A stretch of 64,000 nucleotides of DNA from Lophium mytilinum (Eukaryota). Location of the stretch: positions 2,031,195-2,095,194 of the forward strand of contig MU004182.1 of NCBI GenBank assembly GCA_010093605.1, given 5' to 3'. The notes below the pieces were generated by a model. It worked only from the letters and a program-made list of their open reading frames with translations. It was not told the origin of the DNA and searched no databases. The position numbers were made by a program, and so were the translations under genes. Positions 39,961 through 50,840 of the stretch are shown here, one piece after another (position 1 is the stretch's first letter; every line of letters begins with the position of its first letter).

Positions 39961-42900
39961 CTAGATGAACCACATGACGTTCTGCAGACCGCCAGAGATG
40001 TTGAGAGGGACGAGCGGGTTGACTTCAGTGGTCGGCTTGCCAGTGCCAGAGCTGCCAGAGGTCTCGGTCTTGCCGTCCTCGCCCTTCTTGTCACCCTTCT
40101 TGCCAGAAGAGACGGGAGTGGTGTTCTCGTGGGCGCGAGCACGGTCAGCTGCCAGATGGGCGTAGTACACAGCTGGGAAGAGAGAGACTGGGGTGGTGGA
40201 ACGAGCATACTGGAAGGACTGCTCGAAGATGAACTGCTGGAGCTCCTCGCCGCCGAAGTCGCCTTCGTTCAGGATGACCTGGTAGTGGATCGGGCGAGCG
40301 GTTCCTTTGATAGCAGCATGGGCACAGAGATAGAAGTCCCATTCGAAGGGATGGGTGCAGCCGTTCTCGACAAGGGTGCCAGGCATGGCATTGCCAGTGC
40401 GCTGGTCTCCAGTACCGGCCTTGGGAAAGAAGCGGATGTGATGGCGCTTGCCCGCAATGACCACAGTAAACTTGCAGTTGGATCCGGGAGCGATTTCATT
40501 CATAACCGCCTTCATGTCCTTGACCTCTTGCTCCAGGACATATTGATACTGGCCCTCAGACACACCATCACGAACGTACAAGATGCGCTTGGGAGCGGAG
40601 CCCTTGCCGCAGTTCATGATCCAGGTCTTGGCCTGGTTCTTGAAGTGGGTGTCGATGTTCTGGGTTGTGATCATCTCAAGGCGGCGACCGTTGGTGTTGC
40701 ACTCGGCAGTGTAGCGAGCGAAGTGCAGATCTTGAGAAACGGTAATGGCGGCGAAGGATGCTGCCTCAGCAGAACCGGATCCTGGAGCTGGGTGGGAGAC
40801 GTCGGCGCCCACGCACATCATCGAGGTTGTCGCAAACTTGGGGTTCACTCGGGCAAGGGCAGTACCAGTAGCCCTGGAGGTGGAACCGCCCAGCTTGGCG
40901 TTGATTTTCATGCAGACATTCGATGCATACTGGGAGTCCAACTTGACGCACTGAGCGGACTGCAGGACCTGGGAGACAACGCCAAAGCGGCAGTCGCACG
41001 ACTTCTTGATGCGGCGGTACACATCAATGTTCTTGTCGTTGACGATGAAGACCAGGAGCTGCGGCCGAGAAGTGAACTTATTGCCAGTGGCCTGCCAGAC
41101 AGAGTTAATCATCTCGCCACCCTGAGCAAGGTTGCCCGGGCCAATCCATGGGTCCTCGCCGCCAGGTCCAAATCTGCCACCATGGCCCTTGTATGTGGTA
41201 ACAAGGAGCTGGGCAAACTTCTTGGCCGCATCAGGTGGAAGAGAACGCGGACCGCCGATGACGCAGATACCCCAAGATCGAAGAGGCTGGGTGTTGGGAG
41301 TAAGGAATTTCATCTTGTCAATGCGCCAGCGTCCTTTGGCTGGGCCAGCGCCAGCCTTGATTGAACCTCCAGTCATTGTGACATCCGGGCATGGCAATAG
41401 ACGGGCCTTGACCTCAACAGGCACTGGGTTGATCTTGATGTTGTAGTGGGCGAGGTAGGGGTCCTTTTGCCAGTCAAGAAGCTTGACTCCGGCCTCGACA
41501 GCAGCCCAGCGCTCCTTGGGGTAGGTGACGGCAAACTTGATCATGTTAGAGGTCTGTCCCTCGTCCAGCTTAGAGTTGTAGCGCTGGTTCGCCTCAATGC
41601 GAAGAACGTCGACGGGCAGGTAAGTGTCCTTGCCCTTGGTCATCTTAACGAGAGGAATACCACGGGTGCAGGTGATATTGTAGGTCCGCTTGAAGTAGTC
41701 GAAGATGGTGATCCATTCTCCCTTCTCGTCTCCCGCTCCCTTCAGCTCGAACTTCTTCTCTGTGCAGTCCTGGGCAATGAACTTGTCAATGCACCATTGA
41801 CCGCGCTCGGGACGATGGGTGTCGACGACGTGAAGCTTGGAGAAGCGCTTCAGATCGCGCTTGAAGAGCGAGCCGTCGAAACCGCCAGGATTGGTGGCCT
41901 TGGCTTGGGCAAACTTCCCCTGGAGCTGGGCGGGTGATGAGCAGCCAAATGCATCCAGCAGGGCCTTGCCGAGATCTTGGGCAATCCAGAAAGTTCCATT
42001 GGCAACGTCGACGTTCACAGACAGGCCACGAACAGAGTTGGCGAAGAGAGACGGTCGGATGGAGGAGAACACTCCTTTGAAGGCCTCAATGCCTTTTCCG
42101 AGGGCGAAGCGCTTCTCGCCACGCTGGAAGAAGTTCTTCTTGATTTGGGTGTAGCGATGGGAGGGGTACTCGCGCATGGCATGATCGAAGAAGTTGATCG
42201 TGTCGATGCAGGCCTCAGACCAGGGAGCCTGACCCTCGAAGAAGGCTTGAAGGCCGGAGAAGTCTACGTTCTTGGTGAAGCGAACGTAGATCTTGTGGCG
42301 ATTCTCCTTGCCCTTCTTGACGTTGGCTCGGCCCTCTTCCTGGTCGAGGTCGACCTGGATACGATGTTCCGGGCGGGGGAGCTTGAAGGATGACCTGGCT
42401 GCGGTTAGCTATGACCTAGGATGAGACAGAAGGACACTTACCAAGCAAGCTTGTTGCCATCGTGAAGCCACATGTTGTCGGCGCCGAGTTCTTGCTTCAC
42501 GGCATTGGACTCCCAGATCTTCTTGACGAGACCACGCTTGGGAGGGTCGGTCTGGGTGGCGCCCTTGGCTGGATTCTGGCTGACGATGGTGATCTACCGA
42601 CATTCGTTAGCTTATTAACATCAAAATGGGAGATAGGAGATGGATTGGACTTACATCATATTGATATGCGGTCTTGGTGGGCATGCCCAAGAGATTGTAG
42701 GTGTTCAGCGTAACGGCAATCTCTCGGCCCAAGGTGTTGGCCTTCTTGGGACGAGGCGGGCAAGTCGATTGAAGCTCCACCTTACGTTCTCCGGTTAGCG
42801 CATCAATCTTGACAAATGCCAGGTAGTCCTGACAGCATCGAACATTGTTGGGCTCTGGCCCAGACGGGGTGACAGTAGGGTTTGACATGTTGAATGGGAT

Positions 42901-43549
42901 GGGATTGAGGGAGGAAGGCGAAAGGTGCCGGAGGGGATAGGAAACCGATGGGGGAGATGAAAAATGAGAGAAAGAAGGATGGGAAAGTTGAGCTCTGAAC
43001 TGTACTACAACGGCCTTATATATGCCAGGGGGAGTTGGTGCACGGGCAAGTACCGCAGATGGTACCGCCAGCGACCGCGCCAGGTACCGTCTGCGACCGC
43101 GAGCGACCGCAGACTGTACTGAGGGCTTGACATGATTGGCTGGGTAGAGACAGGAGGCAGAGTATGACAGTTGAAGTGGGCAGGGGTGATGGCAATCATA
43201 TGCAGATGCGCGACAACAAACCTGAAGGAGATGGCGAGCATCATGAGACAAACAGAGAATATGAACTTACTCCGCGAGCGATGGCCCATCCCATCATACC
43301 CAGAGCATCCGACAGGTTGCGCAGGTTCGAATATTCGATTGGCAGAGGCCGACGGCCAGAGACGCCGCCCTGCGTGTCGCGGTTGCCATCGACGCGTGGA
43401 ATTGATTGCGGTGAGGCACGCTGGAGGGTGGTTGGGGACGAACGCTGAGGAGGGCCCTCACGACCGGCATTGCGAGACGACTTCTGATGATCGGAGGAGC
43501 TGCTGCTGCTCTGCTCCGCCTGAGCGCGCTTTTTGGCTGGACCGGCCAT
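39961..43549 (-). CDS. qde-2: Argonaute (QDE-2/Ago1-like; N, PAZ, MID, PIWI)
   Basis: GLSVNVDVANGTF, KINAKLGG, GADVSHP, RRLEMI, RDGVSEGQY, KRHHIRFFP, GTARPIHY, YYAHLAA (D-E-D-H tetrad); exon 1 43549-43271 spliced to 42780; orthology to qde-2 not tested. Confidence 0.93.
43016..43110 (-). promoter_or_regulatory. Putative intronic promoter of Argonaute: TATA box plus six phased GCGGT/ACGGT elements
   Basis: ATATATAA at 43016-43023 (- strand); ACCGY at 43052, 43064, 43074, 43086, 43096, 43106; pyrimidine-rich leader; in-frame ATG at 42888. Confidence 0.6.
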
Positions 43550-45433
43550 TGTTGCTTCTGGTCTGGTACGAGTTAGTGATGAGAGACCAGCGTAGAGAGC
43601 ACGGCAAGCGGCAGGCGACGAGCTTCGATGGCTTGTGGAGATGATGTCCAGTAGGAGGGTGTAGTGGAGACGGAGGCTGGTGAGAGAGTGAAACGGCGAA
43701 GTAGAAGTTTCTGCAGCCGGAAGAGCGGAGAAACCAAGGCCGGCGGACGTGCAAGTGAAGCGAACGGAGGGAGGGAACGTACAACTTTTGTCTTGACTCG
43801 AGCTAGGAAGCTAGCGAGGTGTTGGGTAGAGGTCTGGAGAAGGTGATGTCAGTTCGCGTGCTTGATGATGAGGAATAGCTGCAAAAGCGTCGGTTGACTC
43901 AGCAACGAGCGCGTCGTTAGGTGCTGGAGATCACCACCGGAAACTTACAGTGCTGGTGAGCTTCAAGAGCTGTTTGCAGTAAGGATTGTGTTGTGTAGAG
44001 GGTAGTGACCTGCACGAGCTGGCGAAGTAAGAGAGGAAGAGTTGGAGTAGGGAAGGAAGGAAGAGTTGTTGTTGGTTGAAGGTGGAAGAGACGGAAGGGG
44101 TGGTGGAGGTAGTTTATATACGGCTACTGCAGTCGAATTGCTCCCTATCCCCCGCGAAAGAGGCTGTTGCCTAATACAGGTGAGGATGCAGGTGGAAGTG
44201 AGCACGATAGTGAGGATAGCCTTGAGAGATCGGATTTGGAAGATCAGGATTGGGAAACGGGAAGCTGCAGCTGGCCCCATAGAGACTGGAAATCGACGAG
44301 GGGAGAACCTTGAGAGTGTAGAGATGGGAATATGAAACGACTACAGCTTCTTGGATCATGGCAAAGGACTCATCACGAGTACCTTCTTCTTACTACAGCT
44401 TGGCTATGAGGTTCTACAGCAATTCTACCCTATACCGCGTCAACGCTCCCACCTACTGTTCTTGAGGCAAACTAAACGCCCTCTGCTAAATCTACGCGTT
44501 GAATCACATCTTGCAGTTCATGTATGACTACTCTCTGTAATGCGGCGATGGCAATCGCTTCCCGCGTGTGACAGCATGATGGATGATGTTGGAACGTCGG
44601 GATGAAAAGTGGAGATAGGGGCACGAGACACCCACCCTAGCCCGCAAACGGCTAGTGATACTACAGAACATCTTCTAAAAGAAAGGACGCTGTCATAGTA
44701 GTGATGCTTAGATGATGCAGATAAAACGACCCAGTCGAGTTCACAGTATATCATAATAATCGCAACAGCAATGCATTACACAAGGAAGGGTATATTCAAC
44801 AAGAACTTTTGATGTATTCGAGGCGCCTCGCCTCAAGTATCGGTAGCAGTATGACCACCGCGCAAATGCAATCCATAAGATGCCCATCAGGGCCTAGTGT
44901 AGTCCAGTCCATCCTTCGGCGCTCGAAGGAGCAATAGGAAGACCATGAAGCAAAGATACCCAAATACCAGCAATCTCCCCGCTGGATCCATCTCTCATCG
45001 CTTCAGAAGTGGTAAAAACAAAACCAACAAGGCCGATCAATCAACCAGCCTCCAATATCAGTAGGAAGCCCACCGCCAAATGCAATCCACGTCCCAGCCG
45101 CCGACGCCCAGCCGCCGGACGCCCGGCTCAACCGCCTCTCATCGCTCCAAGGAGTGCACCGACAGAAAGAACATCGCTTTCTTACGTCAAGTCGAAAGCC
45201 ATTAATAGCCACCAGTGGGCCAAGAACCAGACGCCGAGTGTATGCAAGATCGGTGGTCTAGGAGAGACCAAGCCACCAAAAGAGTCCAGAAAGAAAAGGC
45301 GCTAGTCCTTCATGATAGCCGCCCGGTGTAGTGTGTAGTCCATGGGGAGAAGATTGAAATGTGAACACCCACTTGAACCTATTTGTACAGTAGATGCTTC
45401 CATTTACCGGTCTTGGTGTCACTCTGTGGTGAC

Positions 45434-48400
45434 TCATCGCTGGTATGGAAAGCCTTGGGGCCAATTAGTCGTCCATGAGGGCAAGAAGCTGTTGATTGGA
45501 TACGTACCGGGAACGGAGTAGGGAGGAAGTCCTGGGGCTCCGGGAAATTGCACTTGCGGAGGCGGGGGATACTGTTGGTTGTAGACAGGAGAAGGAGCCA
45601 CGACGGGTGGCGGGCCAGTACGGTCCATGTCGGTACGGCGAATGAGATCAACCAGTCTCTCTGGGATGAACCGAGTCTCTCTGTACGTGTGAGCCCCAGG
45701 AATGATGCTCAAGAGGAACGTGAGTTCTCGCGGAAGAGATGGCTGGGGGGCTTGAGGGATGTTGTATTGAGACTGCCCGCCCTGCTGAGCTTGGTTCCGC
45801 CTCGCTGCATCAAGTCGACGTCCCGCTGCGCCCTTCAACGGCGACTCGCCCCGCTGCAACTTCCTCGGCTGAGCTTCTCCATCCTCCTCGTCAAACATGA
45901 ACGGTCGCTTAGGGGAGTTTGAGATAGCGGCAACGGCAGGAGGAGGTCGGGGTGAATTCATGTTTGGGCCGTTTTGGAATCGAGAGGGATCCGAATGAGC
46001 CTGGCTGACATGGTTCATAGAGGGCGTCGCCTCTTCGATTGTCGGAACAGCCATTAGATTCGGTGGCAGGGGCATCTGCATCTGCATCGGCGCAGGCATG
46101 GGAGGCGCGGCCGGCTGCTGCATAGGCATGGCCATGGGCATAGGCGGCATTCCTTTGGGCTTCGACTGCGTGGCTGGAGAAATGATCGGGCGCACGACCG
46201 TGGGGTCGAACGTCGGCGACGAGTATCGGTGCGAAAAACGAGCCAGCTGTGGGTCTTCAGGGAAGAGATCGCCCATCCGCTTTTCGAGCTTGGTGATCTG
46301 GCTCAGCTCTCCATACTGAGACTCATACTCGTGGAAGAAAGAAAAGATAGGCTTGGCCCGTGGGACCGTTTCCGGCTTCTGTGTCAACTTGCTGACAGTT
46401 GTCTCAAAGACTGCGCGAGCATCTGAAATAAAGTTAGTGCTAAGCGCGATAAGACCAATAGAGGTGTAACTTACTGGTGATGTCGTTGATGGCGATTAAA
46501 TGCTTCAGATACTCCAAAGCAAAGTTCTCGTCGTTCGGGAAAAGCTTCATGCCCCGCTCGAAGATCTTCGTAGCCGCGGGATCTTTGTAGCAATGGTACT
46601 CGATGAGAGCGCTGGTCACGTATACATCGCTGAGCACACGTCCCTTCTTACGAGCCTCCGCGAAGATCTGTCGGAATCCTCCAACATTGCCGTTGGGTTT
46701 GCCTTTACCTTGAATCCGTCGCATCGCCCTCATCAATCCAATCCAAGCGTAAGAAATGATCTTGCTGAGAAGAGTGGTCTGCGCGTTGTTTCCAGCTTCG
46801 ATGGCACGAATCTGCATCTGAAGTGCAGCCTCTCTAGCATTGGGCTTCAGCACGCCTTCCTCCTCATCATCTTCATCGTCGTCCGAATCATCTTGTGGTG
46901 CATTCTGCGCATGCATCTCTTTGACTCGTGTAATGGTTCGTTCTTCGCGCTCTTTGGTCTTCTTGACAAGATCATACAACGCGTCGAGAAGCTTGTTATA
47001 CGGTTCTCGCACGGCATCACCTCGGCGCTTGACACCTTCTTCGCCTTCTTCCGGTTCGTGCGTAAGTTCGATGCGGTCCGCCCGCTTGAAAGCCAACAAG
47101 GAGCTCTCGGGATTAGCATTGGTGCCATCAAGCAGGAATGCGTCTCCTTCATTCACCAGATCGTTCTGATAACAGAACTCCGCTGCGTCATACCACATCT
47201 CAGGCCAGAAGCGCAGTGCCATAAGAGCTTGCTTGTATACGTACAGAACGCGCTTGTGGTATGCAGGGGGGTCGTCGTCTCTCAACACTAAAGGATCCTC
47301 CTTCTCCCAGCTGATCCAGTTCTTCCAGATGTCGACTTGGTGTAGATACTCTACATCTCCGTCGAATCCGGGTGCTGGTGGTAAGTGAGGGCGGGTTGTG
47401 CGGATGAGATCTTTGGTGATATTCTCAAGTTTGATATTTGAACTACGAGCTGTCATGTACGCAGCGGACTTTTCCTGCAGGAATTTTCGACCCTACAATG
47501 AATTAGTCTTGATATTAGCTTAGGGGAAGAGCGCTCTTACTGCTGCTTTGTTCAAGCCCATCTCGAACTGATCGTACTGCTTCCAGATGTTCTGAACCTG
47601 CAGAGTAGGGATGCAAACAGCTCGCTGGTAAGCTTTCCGCATCCGATCCATCTTTTGCAGATCCTGCCAGTCGCCGCTGGTGTGGCTGCCAGGGGCAGAC
47701 TTGATGAACGAGAGATATTCTTGCCACAAATTTCCAGAGTCCTTGTCAATTCCAACGTTACCCAGCACGAAATCGAATGCTTGCTGAACGATTGCGCGAG
47801 CTTTGCCTTCTGGGTCTGAACTAAGATCATTGCGACGACGCACGTAGTCTAGATATGTCGACCAAAGCTGGAGATGATGATTGGACTGTATAGACTTCAT
47901 GAAGATTTGTTCGACGCGGTAGAAATCGTCGTTCTGCAACTCCATATTGCAGTAGTTGACCCATTCTTCGGCCTATAACGGGCATCAGTGAGTCTTCGAA
48001 CTTGAGAGCAAAGAAAGAAGCAAGCTTACCGCTGTAGGAAAGACTTTGAAAAAGCGGTCGTAGACTGCGCGGACATCGTCGAACTTGTTGCGCTTGCGAT
48101 ATTCACTGATTAGACTTAACCACGCGTCCATATCACCACGCGGATCTTCCTTGATACGATCTTCAAGAATACCGATGCGGTCAAGAGGAAGACGAGCCTG
48201 TGGCTGAGAGGACGCAGCTGCCTGAGGAGCTGGAGTAGCTTCTGGAACAGGAGTGGAAGCAACTAGAGGGGACTTGAGATTTTCATGAGCGGAAACAGCC
48301 GCAACAGGAACGACAGAAGCAAGCGAGGGAGCAGGGTCAGAGAGGCCAGTGGAGAGAACACCTGAGCCATCTTGATCTTGTGAGGCACTATGTATGTGTA

Positions 48401-48860
48401 CATTTGTCTTCGGAATTGCATTTGACGGAGTTGAAGATATAGAACGCTGTGCAGATGGTGAAGCCCTTCCGTGCACTCTGAGCGCGGCATCAGCTGCCCG
48501 TGGCTTCGCTGATGGGAGATCCCCCTCATCGTCTGAGCTCTCAACGACAAAACCACCCACTATCCGCTGCTGCGGCACTGGCTCAGAGGCCTCGGACGGC
48601 ACCCGGTTGGCTGGGGAGTCTGCGTTGGCTGGTGGGCTCACGGGTACTGAAGCTGACGGTGCTGGCGAGACAGAACCGGCTGCAGATTTGGGGATATGGG
48701 AAGGGTAGTCTGTGGAAGGCATAAGGTTAGAGGGATCGTAGTCCTCATCGTCGTCAGATGCGACGGGGTGCTGCTGGCCAGGACTGTCGGTCGCGTAGCC
48801 GCCGGAGGGGTCGGCGGCCAGGCTATCCAGGAACGCACGCTCTGGGTCGTACTCAGCCAT
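45434..48860 (-). CDS. RNA14: mRNA 3'-end processing factor Rna14/CstF-77 (HAT repeats, Suf domain)
   Basis: DRIGILEDRIKEDPRGD, LWSTYLDYVRR, WISWEKEDPL, QALMALRFWPEMW, ALMRAMRRIQG-like motif, ALIEYHCYKD; several introns. Confidence 0.95.
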
Positions 48861-49436
48861 GGTGGTGAGGAGGGGGGTTTGCGGTTCTGCGATGGCGGAT
48901 GTAGGTCAGTGGAAGGTCGCGCGAGGATGAAGCCAGAGGCAGGCGACACATACAGTGAAGTGAACAGCCGTGCGCGAGAGGACTGTGTCGGACGCTGGAG
49001 CGACGCGGGCAAGACAAGGCGTCGGGTGCTTTGTCTGCGCAGGTCGAAGGCAGCAGATGGAGGGTGGTGAGGGTGTGTGAGGGAAAGTTCTTTGAGGATT
49101 GTTGGAGACGACAAGAGTTGACGACGAAGGCCAGCCGCTAGAAAGCTTGGACCAGCGGGCGACGGGGACTGGCTGACAGCGTAGGTAGACCACAGCCTTA
49201 TCGATCGCCGACTGCGCCTGTATTTATAGAGACACCGACCGACCTCAATAGTGATTGCACCCTCCGCCCTGGAGCTTCGAATTAGGGCGCTATACATTCA
49301 CTCCACGGAAATTGCGCGAACCTCCCATTAACCCACTTCCGACTGCGACCAGACCAACCCCGGAAGCATCCAGGCTTCAACTTCCTCCTCCTCCTCCTCC
49401 TCTGTTACCGCCGAGACCTCTCCCAACATTCAGAGC

Positions 49437-50434
49437 ATGAATCCACACATATCATTACCGCGGCCAGGCGGCGGGCCTTCAAATTTCGGCGGAACGACGC
49501 CCTCAAGCCGCAGCGAAGGTGTCCGAATGCCGCGCTTCTTCAAGCGTCTATTCAAGTTCCCCCAGATGGACTTCGAGATGGCGATATGGGAGATGACAAG
49601 TCTAATATGGGCGCCCAAGAAAGTCTTCCGGTCAATATACTATCACGTACAGCTTCCTCCCTCTAGTTTAAGAACTCTTACTAACAGAACATATAGAAAC
49701 GTAGGCAATCAACCTCCAAACCACCCCCGAGTCGAACCACCGACTAACACTTTCTCCCAGAAACCAAAAACACCTGGCACCGCCCCGACCCCTCCTTCAC
49801 CTACCTTCTTTCCTTCTTCCTTCTCCTCACATCCCTAGCCTGGGGCCTCGCCTATGCCGACGGCTTCGGCAGGACCGTCCGCATCACCCTCGTCTTCATC
49901 TTCATCCACTTCCTCGCCCTCTCCCTCCTAATAGCCACCGCATTCTACTTCCTCGTCGGCCGACTACTAGGACCCGGCGTGCCCGGCCTCCCCGGGCGTC
50001 GGCGACAAGGCCTCTTCACGCAACCCGGGGAGGAAGAGCAACTAGAATTTGGATACTGCTTTGACGTACGCCCCTCCCCCTTCGACCAACCCCCTGGAAC
50101 TCAGCTAACCTTTAACCAGGTCTCCATCCGCGCCTTCGTCCCCATCTGGGTCTTCCTCTACGTGATCCAGTTCCTCCTCATGCCGCTCATCGCCAGCTCG
50201 CACTGGGTCTCCCTGCTGGTCGGCAACTCCCTCTACCTAGCCGCCTTCATCTACTACTTCATAATCACATTCTTGGGCTACAATGCGCTACCGTTCCTGC
50301 ACCACACCGAGCTCCTCCTCGCGCCCATCGCTGTCGTCGCAATCCTCTGGTTCGCCTCCCTCTTCGGGCTGAATTTGCCGAAACATCTCGCGCCGGTGCT
50401 GTGGGCGGGGGCGAAGTTGCGGAACGGGGTGTGA
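49437..50434 (+). CDS. GMH1: UNC-50 family Golgi membrane protein
   Basis: KRLFKFPQMDFEMAIWEM, YYHKQTKNTWHRPDPSF (after splicing), LEFGYCFDV, FLGYNALPFL. Confidence 0.93.
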
Positions 50435-50840
50435 GACGTATTGCTGTACAGTAGAATTAGCAGAGTGGGTTGGGAAGAGGAGGAGTACTCGTGAAGGGGA
50501 GGCCCCGGTAGGGCTGTTGTATATTATCTGAGCGTTGCGTTACTTGGCTTCTTGGGTTAGGTCATCAGGGGCGTTCACAATGCCACACGGCGTGTAATGG
50601 AGTTAGGAAAAAAGCCTAATGATATATCATACATTCTATCCTACACCCGCAATGCTGCTATATATCTACACGTGAAAGAGGGGTTTTCGACTCCCGCAAC
50701 CGCCATCCGCGCCGATGCATGCAAATCCGTCCGTCCGTTTATATATCGTACACCTACCAGTCCTATATGCAGCTTACTTCGTAGGCCCACGGCGTAGCCA
50801 CTATATTAACAACAAGTCGAGAAGGGGCCGAACGTTACAA

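Noticed and set aside
39940..41364. 474-aa ORF antisense to Argonaute
   Set aside because: Shadow ORF expected from the strong C/G-ending codon bias of the sense gene; non-ATG start; no recognisable motifs
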